DNA from: Armatimonadota bacterium
GTDB lineage: Bacteria; Armatimonadota; UBA5829; DSUL01
DNA length: 64,000 nucleotides
Assembly: GCA_039811685.1 (NCBI GenBank)
Contig: JBDHZC010000004.1
Coordinates: 192,001 to 256,000, forward strand
Direction of reading: 5' to 3'
Shown here: one piece after another, positions 20,820 through 30,908 of the stretch
How positions within the stretch are numbered: the first letter of the stretch is position 1
Layout: every line of letters starts with the position of its first letter
Position numbers and translations under genes: made by a program
The notes under the pieces: generated by a model
Database searches by the model: none
What the model saw: only the letters and a program-made list of their open reading frames with translations
What the model was told of the DNA's origin: nothing

Positions 20820-21851
20820 TTGACAACTAGACAGCCCGTCCGCAAGACTACTTCCACGCGCTCGCAGCGGCCTGGAAAATCCACCTCCCGTCGCCGGAAA
20901 AAGCCTTCCCTTTTCAGCGTAGTCTGGAAACTCTTTCTAGTTGCTGTCTTCGCCGCTGTCTCTCTGGCTGTTGGGGTCGCAACGTACTGGACAGTCAAGA
21001 GTCCGTCCATTCGTCAGGCTGCCACGGCGGCGGTTACGGGCGGGTTGTCACCCGACAAGGCCTTTCCAGGGCGTAGTGAGCTTAATATTCTGCTGCTCGG
21101 CCGGGACGAGGACCGCGACAACAAAGATCGTGTCATGAACACGCGCGGACGCACCGATACGATAGTCCTCGCCCATCTCGATTTTGCCCAACGGCAAGTG
21201 AATCTCCTCTCCATACCGCGTGATACGCTGGTGCGGATTCCTGGCTACTCCGGCCGGCACAAGATTAACGCAGCGAACGCGCTCGGCGGTCCGGAGTTGA
21301 CGGCGCAGACTGTCGAAAACCTTATAGACATCAAACCTGACGGCTATGTTCTGGTTGACTACAAGGTGTTTCAGACACTGATTGACCAGGCTGGCGGAGT
21401 TCAAGTGAATGTCCCGAAGCAGCTCGACTATGACGACAACTGGGGCAATCTGCACATCCATCTCAAGCCCGGGCCGCAACATTTAAACGGGGAGCAGGCG
21501 CTCGGGCTGGTGCGCTTCCGGCACTCTAACGACGGTCGCGCGGACTCTGACCAGGAGCGCATCGCGCGCCAGCAGATGCTTCTCGCCAGCGCCCGCCACC
21601 AGTTTACGCGTCCAGCGATGCTGCTTCGTTTGCCTGAGGTCTTTTCGACTCTTATGGAGCAGACCGATACCACGCTAACAACAGACCAGGCGCTGTGCCT
21701 GGCAAATTTTGCGCGCAGTGTCGGCAGCAACATGCGCATGGAAGTGTTGCCTTCAATTCCGGCGCGGTCCGCGCTGCGTATGGATCGAGTCCGCGCGCGG
21801 CAGCTTGTGGAAGAGATGTTCATCAAAGGACAAAGCAAAGAGTCCACGTAG
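20820..21851 (+). CDS. LCP (LytR-CpsA-Psr) family protein
   Basis: Basic N-tail plus TM; RTDTIVL, SIPRDT, KINAA, VRFRH and D.ERIARQQ motifs. Confidence 0.93.
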   Translation: MTTRQPVRKTTSTRSQRPGKSTSRRRKKPSLFSVVWKLFLVAVFAAVSLAVGVATYWTVKSPSIRQAATAAVTGGLSPDKAFPGRSELNILLLGRDEDRDNKDRVMNTRGRTDTIVLAHLDFAQRQVNLLSIPRDTLVRIPGYSGRHKINAANALGGPELTAQTVENLIDIKPDGYVLVDYKVFQTLIDQAGGVQVNVPKQLDYDDNWGNLHIHLKPGPQHLNGEQALGLVRFRHSNDGRADSDQERIARQQMLLASARHQFTRPAMLLRLPEVFSTLMEQTDTTLTTDQALCLANFARSVGSNMRMEVLPSIPARSALRMDRVRARQLVEEMFIKGQSKEST

Positions 21852-21881
21852 GCGCCCTGACGCCTGCGTTGCTTACGGACT

Positions 21882-22316
21882 GTGACGGCTCCTATTGACC
21901 ACGTCTGGACTCCATCGTTCCAGATTTCCCCAGATACCGCACTTGCCCTGATAGCGCCTCATCTCGATCTGGCGATACCGGCGCCACTGTTTGTGGGTGA
22001 AGCTGACGGCAGCCACCCTTGCGCATTCTCCGGCTACCGCTACATTCCAGACCGGACGGCTTGTGCGCTTGACCGATCAGACGAGATGTTTCAGAACTCC
22101 GCCGAAGATTTAGGACGCTTTCTGCGTCCTGCGCAACATACGCTCTTCAGGGCTGTTTACGGGTTGGGAGAGGGCGACCCGGCCCTGTGGAAGCGCGCAG
22201 GGCGGAGGAGTCTGGTCTACGGGGTCACCCAGACAAGCTACGGCGCGGCGATATCGGACAGCGCCCTTCAGGCTGCTGGAAAATCGGCTCTTCTCGGGGC
22301 GATTCACATCTCTTGA
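21882..22316 (+). pseudogene. probable internally deleted phosphotransferase (APH-like) remnant
   Basis: Segments resemble the APH-family N-terminus, hinge (LAIPAPLFVG...GYRYIP) and C-terminus (FRAVYG...WKRA), but there is no HGD catalytic loop; only 144 aa. Confidence 0.5.
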
Positions 22317-22353
22317 TGTCAGAGGCAGCTGGAGACTCATTACGGGTCTCGGC

Positions 22354-22386
22354 AAACAAAAACACCCGGTGGCCGCTACCGGGTGC
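22354..22386 (-). terminator. rho-independent terminator of csp
   Basis: Minus strand CACCCGGT-loop-ACCGGGTG followed by TTTTTGTTT. Confidence 0.75.
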
Positions 22387-22458
22387 TATCCAATCGTCTC
22401 TATTCACCTCAGAACGCTTTGCCGCGGGGCATCAGTACGCTCCAGGGATTTCTCTGTG

Positions 22459-22659
22459 TTACAGAGCCGATACGTTATTGGCCTGCGGACCCTTCGGACC
22501 CTGCACAACCTCAAACTGGACTGACTGTCCCTCTTTCAGCGTGCGGTGGCCATCCCCGTTGATTGCGGAAAAGTGTACAAATACGTCTTTTCCATCCTGA
22601 ACGGAAATGAAGCCATAGCCCTTGGAGTCACTGAACCACTTAACAGTGCCGGTCTCCAT
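22459..22659 (-). CDS. cold-shock protein (CSD)
   Basis: GTVKWF, KGYGFI (RNP1) and VFVHFS (RNP2); 66 aa; SD GGAAAG. Confidence 0.97.
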   Translation of the reverse strand: METGTVKWFSDSKGYGFISVQDGKDVFVHFSAINGDGHRTLKEGQSVQFEVVQGPKGPQANNVSAL

Positions 22660-22782
22660 TGCTTTCCGACCCTTCCATAACCATGACACATGAGAAGCGC
22701 GTCCGAACTGATATTCCTGGCTGCGGAAGCAAGCGACCGTTGCAAATCCGAATCAGAATCTCACGTTGCGTCCGAGCTACCG

Positions 22783-22811
22783 ACTATACTCCGACGGAAG
22801 CTGGGATCGAA
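22783..22811 (-). promoter_or_regulatory. putative csp promoter
   Basis: Minus strand TTCGAT-17 bp-TATAGT, giving a ~120-nt leader as is typical of csp genes. Confidence 0.4.
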
Positions 22812-22962
22812 TTCCCACCTCACACCGATCCTTTTGCGCGAGTTTTTCAGATTCCTTCTAAGAGTCTCAAAAAAAGTCGGAATAATTCTTCTTAGCGGTG
22901 GGAATGTGTCCGAATTGCAATAGAAGTGAAGCGGCCGACGTTCAGGCTGGCTTCCACGCAGG

Positions 22963-23301
22963 CTAACCCCTCTGACTGAAATGCCGGATTTCAGCTTCAA
23001 ATTCGCGGCGCATCTCATCCATGCGGTTCTCCGCTTCTTCTTGCGTCTGCTTCAGTCGCTCCAGCAGTCCAAGAATTACCTCAACGCCTGCAAGATTTAC
23101 TCCCAGATCCTGCGTCAGCCGTTGGATTTGTTGAAGTCGCTGAATGTCTTCTTCTGAGTATAGCCGGTTGCGTCCGTTGCGCCGCTGCGGCTGCACAAGT
23201 CCCAGGCGCTCGTACAAGCGCAGAGTCTGGGGGTGCATGTGGCACAGCCGAGCAGCAATACTGATCATGTAAACTGGCTCGTCCTTGTGTTGTGTACTCA
23301 T
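22963..23301 (-). CDS. hspR: heat-shock repressor HspR (MerR family)
   Basis: [10 protein letters not shown]...[23 protein letters not shown]; last gene of the dnaK operon. Confidence 0.9.
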   Translation of the reverse strand: MSTQHKDEPVYMISIAARLCHMHPQTLRLYERLGLVQPQRRNGRNRLYSEEDIQRLQQIQRLTQDLGVNLAGVEVILGLLERLKQTQEEAENRMDEMRREFEAEIRHFSQRG

Positions 23302-23375
23302 TGTCGCTCAAACCTCCAGTCTGCATTTCCCACGCGGAGATGAGTCCCGCCGGCGCCGCTAGTTGGTTCGGAAGC

Positions 23376-24353
23376 TTATCCAGCTTTCAACCCTTGAGCG
23401 ATTGCCAGCTCCGTCAGCACCTCCTGTTCTCTTGCTGACAGCGGTTTCGGAACTGTAATCATCACTCTCGCCATCAGATCGCCGCTGCCTTCCCCCTTCA
23501 GCTTTGGCATTCCCTTGCCTTGCAGCCGCAAAGTCTGCCCGCTCTGTACGCCTGCTGGAACCTTCATGGTGACGCGCCCGGTCATCGTTGGCACAGCAAT
23601 CTCTCCCCCCAGCGCTGCCAGCAGATAGGGCACCTGGACATCTTCAGTGAGGTTGTCCCCATCACGTTTGAATCGCACGTGTGGTTTGACGACTACGTTC
23701 AGGATGACGTCTGCCTTCTGCCCGTTGGCGCCAGGAGCTTCGCCAGCCAGCCTGATCTTGGAGCCCGTATTCACGCCTCGCGGTATCTTGACTGTCAGCC
23801 GCCGTCCACCTACGCTAATCTGACGCTCTGAGCCTGAGTACGCTTCTTCCAGGGACACCTGCACTTCCGCCTGAACGCTTTGTGGCTGAGGCGCAAAGTT
23901 TGCCCCGAAGCCCCCAAAGCCGCCCTGGTCTACGTGGAACCGTCCGCCTCGTCCTCGGGTTGCGCCACCGAACAAGCCTTCAAAGATGCTCCCGATATCA
24001 GGGCCGCCTGCGCCGCTTCCAAATCCGACATCGTCAAAATTGCCGTCGAAGTGGAACCCACCGCCACCCGGGCCGTACGCTTCAAAATCCGTTGCTGTGG
24101 CGCCTGCCTTCTGCGCTTGCTGCCACTGTTCCCACTGTGGGCCAAAGCGGTCGTACGCCTTGCGATTCTCCGGATCTTTGAGGACCTCATAGGCTTCGCT
24201 CACGAGCTTGAACTGCTCTTCCGAAGCTTTATCGCCGGGGTTGACATCCGGGTGGTGTTTGCGGGCGAGCTTGCGGTAAGCCGACTTGATCTCTTTTTCT
24301 GTCGCGCTTTTAGGAACGCCAAGAATTTTGTAATAGTCCTTGCTTGCCGCCAT
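23376..24353 (-). CDS. class B J-domain protein (DnaJ/CbpA-like, no zinc finger)
   Basis: KDYY.ILGV; HPD motif; G/F region; C-terminal domains; lacks CxxCxGxG repeats. Confidence 0.92.
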   Translation of the reverse strand: MAASKDYYKILGVPKSATEKEIKSAYRKLARKHHPDVNPGDKASEEQFKLVSEAYEVLKDPENRKAYDRFGPQWEQWQQAQKAGATATDFEAYGPGGGGFHFDGNFDDVGFGSGAGGPDIGSIFEGLFGGATRGRGGRFHVDQGGFGGFGANFAPQPQSVQAEVQVSLEEAYSGSERQISVGGRRLTVKIPRGVNTGSKIRLAGEAPGANGQKADVILNVVVKPHVRFKRDGDNLTEDVQVPYLLAALGGEIAVPTMTGRVTMKVPAGVQSGQTLRLQGKGMPKLKGEGSGDLMARVMITVPKPLSAREQEVLTELAIAQGLKAG

Positions 24354-24453
24354 CGTATGCCTCAAACTACTGCCGAACCAGGATTGGAACGGTAGAGGAA
24401 GCGGGTGTTGCCCCGCCTCCCTTTTACAATCACCACCTCATCGCCGGCGATCC

Positions 24454-24888
24454 TCAACCGACTTCGATGTCAATCTTCTTCGGCCTGACGGCCTGTGATT
24501 TGGGGATGGTCACCTGCAGCAGCCCATCCCGATAGACCGCTTTCACATTCTGGACATCCACCGGAATACCGATAGAGAATGACCGTGAAAACGGACCATA
24601 CTGACGCTCAACGCGTACCCATTGCCCGTCATCCGGTTGCGGAAGGCTGCGTTCACCAGAGACGTTCAGCGTATCTGCCGTGACTTCTATGTTGATGTCT
24701 TCCATCTTTACGCCAGGCACTTCGCAGACAACAACGATATCGTTGTCGCTCTCACGCACATCGCACTCCGGCGTCCAACTTGAACTCCGCGCCTCTTCCG
24801 CTCCGCCACGCCGCGCGCCGTGTCGCCACGGCTCAAACAGCTCCGCAATTTCCCTGAACGGATCTCGTCCCCTTACATCCATTCGCAT
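24454..24888 (-). CDS. small heat-shock protein (Hsp20/alpha-crystallin)
   Basis: WTPECDV.E, EVPGV, ERQYG.FSRSF and AVYRDGLLQVTIPK motifs. Confidence 0.95.
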   Translation of the reverse strand: MRMDVRGRDPFREIAELFEPWRHGARRGGAEEARSSSWTPECDVRESDNDIVVVCEVPGVKMEDINIEVTADTLNVSGERSLPQPDDGQWVRVERQYGPFSRSFSIGIPVDVQNVKAVYRDGLLQVTIPKSQAVRPKKIDIEVG

Positions 24889-25000
24889 CTGCTTTCACCT
24901 CTCAAGTAGTCTTTGTGAATGTTTTTGTGGCTTCTACCCTGCTCCTCTGGGGAGGAGATCAGCCTGGCGCAGTTGCAACTGCGCCAGGTGTCGTGTGTGT

Positions 25001-26827
25001 TTACTCCTCTTTGTACTCGGCCTCGATCACGTCTTCGCCGCCGTTCGACGCGGCGGCTGCCCCTGCCGGTTCCTGTTCCGGAGACTCCTGTTCCGCGCTC
25101 TGCCGGTAGAGAATCTCGCTAAGCTGATAAGCTGCCTGCTGCAGCTCTTCTGTGGCCGACGCGATATCCTGCTGGTTATCGCCCTTCAGCGCTTCCTGCA
25201 GCTTGTCGCGCGCGCTCTCCACGCGGGCGCGGACGTCTTCCGGCGCTTTGTCACCAAGGTCTGTCAGCGTCTTGTTGGTATTGTAGATAAGGCTGTCAGC
25301 GCGGTTCTTGATCTCCGCAACCTCTTTGGCCTTGCGGTCATCATCAGCGTGCGACTCCGCCTCGCGCACCATCTTTTCGATATCGCCCTTATCCAGATTA
25401 CTGGAGCCGGTAATCGTGATACTTTGCTCGCGTCCGGAAGCCCGATCCTTCGCGCTCGCATGCAGAATGCCGTTGGCGTCAATGTCAAAGGTCACTTCGA
25501 TCTGCGGGATACCACGAGGCGCGGGTGGAATTCCAGACAGGTGGAACATTCCGAGGCTCTTGTTGTCGCGGGACATCTCGCGCTCACCCTGAAGCACGTG
25601 CACTGTAACTTCGGTCTGCCCGTCAGCGGCCGTCGTGAATGTTTCAGATTTGCGCGTAGGGATCGTTGTGTTTCTCGGAATGAGCTTGGTGCACACGCCG
25701 CCCAGAGTCTCGATGCCCAGTGAAAGCGGTGTCACGTCCAGGAGCACAACATCCTTCACTTCACCCGCCAGAACGCCAGCTTGGATAGCAGCGCCTACTG
25801 CCACGACCTCATCCGGATTAACGCCCCTGTGCGGGTCCTTGCCAATGAGCTTCTTGACCAGCTCCTGCACCTGTGGCATTCGGGTTGAGCCGCCAACCAG
25901 AATCACTTCATCAATGTCTTTGTCCTCGAGTTTGGCGTCTTCAATAGCCTGCTTGTACGGCTTCACGCAGCGGTCCAGCAGGTCCGCAGTCAGCTCCTCA
26001 AACTTTGCTCGGGTGAGCGTGACATCCAGGTGCTTTGGGCCGTTAGCGTCGGCCGTAATGAAGGGCAGGTTGATGTTCGTCTGGACCACGTTAGACAGCT
26101 CAACCTTCGCTTTCTCAGCGCCTTCGCGAAGCCTCTGAAGCGCCTGCTTGTCTGAGCGCAGATCAATTCCAGATTCTTTCTTGAACTCATCAGCCACATA
26201 CTCGACAATGCGCTCATCCCAGTCATCGCCACCCAGATGCGTATCGCCATGCGTGGACTTGACTTCGAACACGCCTTCGCCCACCTCCAGGATGGACACG
26301 TCAAACGTTCCCCCTCCAAGGTCCCAAACCAGAATGGTTTCGTTTTCCTTTTTGTCCAACCCGTACGCCAGGGCGGCAGCAGTTGGCTCGTTGATAATCC
26401 TCAGTACCTTGAGCCCTGCGATCTCGCCTGCGTTCTTGGTCGCTGTGCGCTGGGCGTCGTTGAAGTAAGCCGGTACAGTGATCACCGCGCTCTCCACTTT
26501 GTCCCCAAGGTAGGCTTCCGCGTCTGTCTTCAGCTTCTGAAGAATCATGCTGGATATCTCTTCAGGAGAATAGTTCTTGCCGTCGATCGAAACGCGCTTG
26601 TCCGTTCCCATATCGCGTTTGATCGAGATCACGGTGCGCTCGGGGTTGACGATAGCCTGACGCTTTGCCTGCGTCCCTACCAGCCGTTCGCCATTCTTGG
26701 TGAATCCAACAACGCTCGCCGTAATTCTGGAGCCTTCGGCGTTTGGGATGACGGTGGGCTCGCCGCCCTCCATAACCGCGACGACCGAGTTAGTGGTGCC
26801 AAGATCGATACCAACTGTTTTTGCCAA
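25001..26827 (-). CDS. dnaK: molecular chaperone DnaK
   Basis: [41 protein letters not shown] and IEAEYKEE tail; GGAGG SD before TTG at 26827. Confidence 0.99.
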   Translation of the reverse strand: MAKTVGIDLGTTNSVVAVMEGGEPTVIPNAEGSRITASVVGFTKNGERLVGTQAKRQAIVNPERTVISIKRDMGTDKRVSIDGKNYSPEEISSMILQKLKTDAEAYLGDKVESAVITVPAYFNDAQRTATKNAGEIAGLKVLRIINEPTAAALAYGLDKKENETILVWDLGGGTFDVSILEVGEGVFEVKSTHGDTHLGGDDWDERIVEYVADEFKKESGIDLRSDKQALQRLREGAEKAKVELSNVVQTNINLPFITADANGPKHLDVTLTRAKFEELTADLLDRCVKPYKQAIEDAKLEDKDIDEVILVGGSTRMPQVQELVKKLIGKDPHRGVNPDEVVAVGAAIQAGVLAGEVKDVVLLDVTPLSLGIETLGGVCTKLIPRNTTIPTRKSETFTTAADGQTEVTVHVLQGEREMSRDNKSLGMFHLSGIPPAPRGIPQIEVTFDIDANGILHASAKDRASGREQSITITGSSNLDKGDIEKMVREAESHADDDRKAKEVAEIKNRADSLIYNTNKTLTDLGDKAPEDVRARVESARDKLQEALKGDNQQDIASATEELQQAAYQLSEILYRQSAEQESPEQEPAGAAAASNGGEDVIEAEYKEE

Positions 26828-26943
26828 TGCAATCACCTCCGCCCGGAACTCGTCCGGTCTTTTTCACTGTGTAATCCGTGTGGAGCAGGCTCTGTTCTGA
26901 ACCGCTCTCCAGTGGTTTTTACCCACATCTTTTTATCGCAGGG

Positions 26944-26974
26944 ATTATCAAGTATTGAGTCTAATATTGTCAAT
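26944..26974 (-). promoter_or_regulatory. dnaK operon promoter with overlapping HAIR-like HspR operator
   Basis: Minus strand TTGACA-18 bp-GATAAT. Inverted repeat ATTGAGT-N7-TGTCAAT (26954-26974) resembles the HAIR consensus CTTGAGT-N7-ACTCAAG. Confidence 0.75.
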
Positions 26975-27136
26975 GCTCTTGCTAACAGCATTGTTCCCTT
27001 CTGCGAAGATTTTTATCGTTTTTTTGGTTCGGCCGCGCTTCGTTCGCACTTTGGCGGCGTCCGGCCGCGCACAGAGCTATCATAGGCTGCAGAAACGGGC
27101 AGTTCTGCCCGGACTCTTTACACATTCAGGAAACTA

Positions 27137-28036
27137 ATGAAACTTGCTTTGATTGGAACAGGTACAATGGGAGCGGCGATGGGGCGGCGATTTCTGGAAG
27201 CCGGGCACGACCTGGCTGTCTGGAACCGCACGGCTGAGCGAGCCTTACCTCTCAAAGAGCGCGGAGCAACTGTGACGCGCACTCCTCGAGACGCCGCACA
27301 GAACGCTGCGATAGTCCTGTCTTCTCTGAAAGATGACGAAGCCATTTGCGAGGTCGCACTTGGAGAGGATGGCATTTTGCGCGGGCTTCAGGATGGGGCC
27401 GTGCACTGTGATACAAGCACTATCTCCCCTTCTGTAGCCTTCGATCTGTCCCAGTCGTATCACAACTCCAACCGCTTCTTTGTCCACTGTCCGGTGCTTG
27501 GAAGCAGGAGGCAAATCGCTGAGGGCGCCCTGCTGATGTTCGCAGCCGGGTCGGCTGAGGCTGTTGACACGCTGGAGCCAGTCCTCAGTCTTCTCGGGAA
27601 GCGGACGTGGCGATTTGAACAACCTTCCGCAGCGGCGTCGCTGAAGCTGGCCTGCAATATGCTCATCGTGAGCATGATCTGTGGCTTTTCTCAATCACTG
27701 GCCTTTGCGCGTAAGAGCGGTTTGGATCCGGCCCTTTTCACGGAAGTCATCCAGTCTTCCGCTCTTGCTTCGCCGATGTACGCCAGCAAGGCCCGGCAGA
27801 TTATGGAGGGGGACTGGTCGGCAAACTTCATTGTCAACAACATTATCAAGGATATCGACCTTGCTCTGGCAGCAGGAGACACTGAGAACGTCCCGCAGCC
27901 AATGCTGGCGATGATGCGCCAGTTCTTCGCCGCCGCCAGCGCCTCCGGGTATGCCGAGGAGGACTACTCCGCAGTCAGCAAGGTCTTCGCCCGGCTGGCC
28001 GGAGTCGACCCTGAGGCGTCAGCGGGAGGTGAATAA
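27137..28036 (+). CDS. beta-hydroxyacid dehydrogenase family NAD(P)-dependent oxidoreductase
   Basis: IGTGTMG Rossmann motif; WNRT; DTSTISP; PVLG; LKLACN. Confidence 0.9.
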   Translation: MKLALIGTGTMGAAMGRRFLEAGHDLAVWNRTAERALPLKERGATVTRTPRDAAQNAAIVLSSLKDDEAICEVALGEDGILRGLQDGAVHCDTSTISPSVAFDLSQSYHNSNRFFVHCPVLGSRRQIAEGALLMFAAGSAEAVDTLEPVLSLLGKRTWRFEQPSAAASLKLACNMLIVSMICGFSQSLAFARKSGLDPALFTEVIQSSALASPMYASKARQIMEGDWSANFIVNNIIKDIDLALAAGDTENVPQPMLAMMRQFFAAASASGYAEEDYSAVSKVFARLAGVDPEASAGGE

Positions 28037-28039
28037 ACA

Positions 28040-28507
28040 GTGCCTTCAGAAGTTTTGGAGACTGTGGAGAACCGAAGCCGCAGTGGGTGCGGGTGCCGGA
28101 ACGGGCTGCTTAGATGCCTGGTCGCCCTGTTCATCATGGCGGCAGTAGGCTTTGGCGCCTTCTACTGGGTTGTGGCACAGATTTCCAGGGATCTCGATCG
28201 CTACAGTGTCCGCATGACGGCCCCCTCGCCGGACGGACGCTTTGTCGCAAGTGTTGTGACGCATGGCTTCGGCGCGTCTGTCTCTCATAAAGAGGTAGGC
28301 GTCTATCTGCGCCCGCAGGAGCAGGAACCCGTCTATCAGGACCGCGCGGACTATGTTTTGTATGGAAAGCGCGACGATCTGACTGTGCGCTGGGCCTCCT
28401 CCGAGACGCTGGTAATTACGTTGCCTCCTGCTGGCCCCAGGTCCGAGTTTACCGTGTATCGAACTGTCTGGAGGAAGATCAAAATCAAGTACGTCTCCCG
28501 GCAGTAA
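28040..28507 (+). CDS. hypothetical single-pass membrane protein
   Basis: TM helix followed by SPDG and ..VRW.S.ETL.I beta-rich domain; 3 nt after the previous stop. Confidence 0.65.
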   Translation: MPSEVLETVENRSRSGCGCRNGLLRCLVALFIMAAVGFGAFYWVVAQISRDLDRYSVRMTAPSPDGRFVASVVTHGFGASVSHKEVGVYLRPQEQEPVYQDRADYVLYGKRDDLTVRWASSETLVITLPPAGPRSEFTVYRTVWRKIKIKYVSRQ

Positions 28508-28564
28508 ACATCCGGGAACCACTTTCAGATATGCGGAGTTATTCCTGCGGAGGAGCAATCCGAG

Positions 28565-30802
28565 ATGGCCGTCCAAGAGCACAGCGTCCATACCGCCCCT
28601 GAGGGCGAAGTTTGCGATCTGAGTATCGGTGGAATGCACTGCGCGTCGTGTGTGGCTAACGTCGAGCGCGCTTTGAAAAAAGTCCCCGGCGTCGAGTCTG
28701 CTTCTGTCAATTTTGCGACGCAGGAAGCCCGCGTTCACACCTCTTCGCATGTCAGCCCTGACGTCCTCGCGCAGGCGGTGCACAAGGCTGGCTATGAGGC
28801 GGAAGTCATCGTGCCGGAAAGCGCTGGGCACGACCATTCCCATATGCGCGATGAGTACCCGGACACCGTCCGCAGCTTCAGAACCGCCGCCGTTCTGACC
28901 GTTCCAGTTTTCATCCTTGGGATGTTCTTTATGAACTGGTATCCGGGGCACTGGATATCGCTTGTACTGACTACGCCCGTCGTTTTCTGGTCCGGGCGCG
29001 GGTTCTATACGGGTGCGTGGGCGGCGCTGCGCCACAAGTCTTCGGACATGAACACGCTGATTGCGATGGGCACGTTCGCGGCGTACGCCTACAGTCTGGT
29101 TGCGCTGGTGGCGCCCGGTCTGCTGCACTCGATGGGTGGTCATCCCCATGTGTACTTTGAGACAGCCGCCGTCATCACGACTCTGATTCTCTTTGGCCGG
29201 ATGCTGGAAGCCCGGGCGCGCGGGGAGGCCTCCACCGCTATCCGCAGTCTGATGGAACTCCAGGCAAGAACCGCGCGGGTTGTTCGCGGTGGGCAGGAAG
29301 TGGATATTCCTGTGGAGCAGGTCGTCACGGGTGACCTGGTCATTGTCCGCCCGGGGGAGAAGGTGCCGGTTGACGGTGTTATCACAGAAGGCGCTTCTTC
29401 GCTTGATGAGTCTCTCATGACCGGAGAGTCCGTGCCTGTTGAGCGCGGAGTAGGCGATGAGGTCATTGGAGGCACGCTAAACGCCGCGGGCTCTTTCACG
29501 TGCAAAGTCACGCGCGTTGGGCGGGAGACCGCCCTGCAGCAGATTGTGGAGCTGGTGCGCCAGGCTCAGAGTGAGAAAGCGCCCATCCAACGCCTGGCGG
29601 ACCTTATCAGCGCCTGGTTTGTCCCCACCGTCATCGCTATTGCCGTTGTTACTTTTCTCGTCTGGTACAACGTGCGTCCGGTAGACACTCGCTTGACGGA
29701 TGCATTGGTCTCCTTCGTCGCTGTTCTCATTATCGCCTGTCCCTGCGCTCTTGGGCTTGCCACTCCGGCGGCCATTATGGTCAGCAGCGGCGTTGGCGCG
29801 AAGCTTGGCATTCTCATCAAAGGCGGAGAAATCCTCGAGCGGGCAGGGCGCATCCAGACCGTAATACTGGACAAAACTGGCACTATAACGTCCGGAACAC
29901 CGCAGGTGACAGATGTCATTGGATTTGGAATAGAGCGCCTGGACGCGCTGCGGCTGGCCGCTGCTGTTGAGCGCCGCTCCGAACATCCCATCGGCGAGGC
30001 CATCGTACGCGCGGCTGAGTCAGAGGGCGCCGTACTTCCGGACCCTTCCGATTTTCAGTCTCTAGCGGGCTTTGGTGTTTCTGCAGCAGTAGAAGGCCAA
30101 TCTGTTCAGGTCGGTAGTGTGCGGATGAACGCCACGCAAGGGGACCTGCCGGACAGCGTTCAGACGCAGGCCAGAACCCTGGCTGCTGATGGCAAGACTC
30201 CTGTGGTCCTCTGGGTGGAAGGCCGGCCCCTGGCTCTGATCGCCGTTGCGGACACCGTCAAACCGGGCTCTGCTGACGCTGTGTGCCACCTGAAAGCCCT
30301 TGGGGCAAAGGTAGTAATGCTCACAGGTGATGACCGCCGCACAGCGCAGGCTGTGGCGGACCAGGTTGGCATCCAGCACGTTCTTGCGGAAGTTCCGCCG
30401 GATGGCAAGGCTACTCAGGTGAAAGCCGAACAGGCCACTGGCGCAGTGGTCGCGATGGTGGGGGACGGAGTGAACGATGCTCCTGCGCTGGCGCAGGCGG
30501 ACGTAGGTATCGCTATTGGCGCCGGAGCGGACGTAGCGCTGGAAGCCTCCGACATCACTCTGATGCGTGGAGACCTTTCAGACGTTGTGAACGCTGTGCG
30601 CCTCTCACGAGCTACACTCTCCACTATCAAGCAAAATCTCTTCTTCGCCTTTATCTACAACGCCATTGGGATTCCCGTAGCCGCCGGCGTTCTCTACCCG
30701 GTTACCGGCTGGCTCCTCAATCCGATGATCGCCTCCCTTGCCATGGCCATGAGCTCCGTCTCCGTCGTCACCAACAGCCTGCGCCTGCGCGGGTTCAGGT
30801 AG
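28565..30802 (+). CDS. copA: copper-translocating P1B-type ATPase
   Basis: HMA motif [43 protein letters not shown]/MxxSS Cu(I) ligands. Confidence 0.96.
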   Translation: MAVQEHSVHTAPEGEVCDLSIGGMHCASCVANVERALKKVPGVESASVNFATQEARVHTSSHVSPDVLAQAVHKAGYEAEVIVPESAGHDHSHMRDEYPDTVRSFRTAAVLTVPVFILGMFFMNWYPGHWISLVLTTPVVFWSGRGFYTGAWAALRHKSSDMNTLIAMGTFAAYAYSLVALVAPGLLHSMGGHPHVYFETAAVITTLILFGRMLEARARGEASTAIRSLMELQARTARVVRGGQEVDIPVEQVVTGDLVIVRPGEKVPVDGVITEGASSLDESLMTGESVPVERGVGDEVIGGTLNAAGSFTCKVTRVGRETALQQIVELVRQAQSEKAPIQRLADLISAWFVPTVIAIAVVTFLVWYNVRPVDTRLTDALVSFVAVLIIACPCALGLATPAAIMVSSGVGAKLGILIKGGEILERAGRIQTVILDKTGTITSGTPQVTDVIGFGIERLDALRLAAAVERRSEHPIGEAIVRAAESEGAVLPDPSDFQSLAGFGVSAAVEGQSVQVGSVRMNATQGDLPDSVQTQARTLAADGKTPVVLWVEGRPLALIAVADTVKPGSADAVCHLKALGAKVVMLTGDDRRTAQAVADQVGIQHVLAEVPPDGKATQVKAEQATGAVVAMVGDGVNDAPALAQADVGIAIGAGADVALEASDITLMRGDLSDVVNAVRLSRATLSTIKQNLFFAFIYNAIGIPVAAGVLYPVTGWLLNPMIASLAMAMSSVSVVTNSLRLRGFR

Positions 30803-30805
30803 GCA

Positions 30806-30878
30806 ACCCTCACACGTCGTACACCTTCAGCACCTCGTCGCCGTAGTGGTTGATGACTTTGACGGCGATTTTGCCGGA
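30806..30878 (-). repeat. 73-bp direct repeat copy 1: detached 3' end of the methyltransferase gene
   Basis: 70/73 identical to 34539-34611; encodes SGKIAVKVINHYGDEVLKVYDV*. Confidence 0.97.
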
Positions 30879-30908
30879 CCGCGATGCTGGCGAAATCCTT
30901 GGCGTTCC

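Noticed and set aside
24680..27085. Long plus-strand ORFs (347 aa and 282 aa) antisense to hsp20/dnaK
   Set aside because: Antisense open frames opposite dnaK are a known by-product of codon bias; no SD or recognisable domain.
28046..29149. 367-aa minus-strand ORF
   Set aside because: Shadow of copA and the upstream gene; no motifs.
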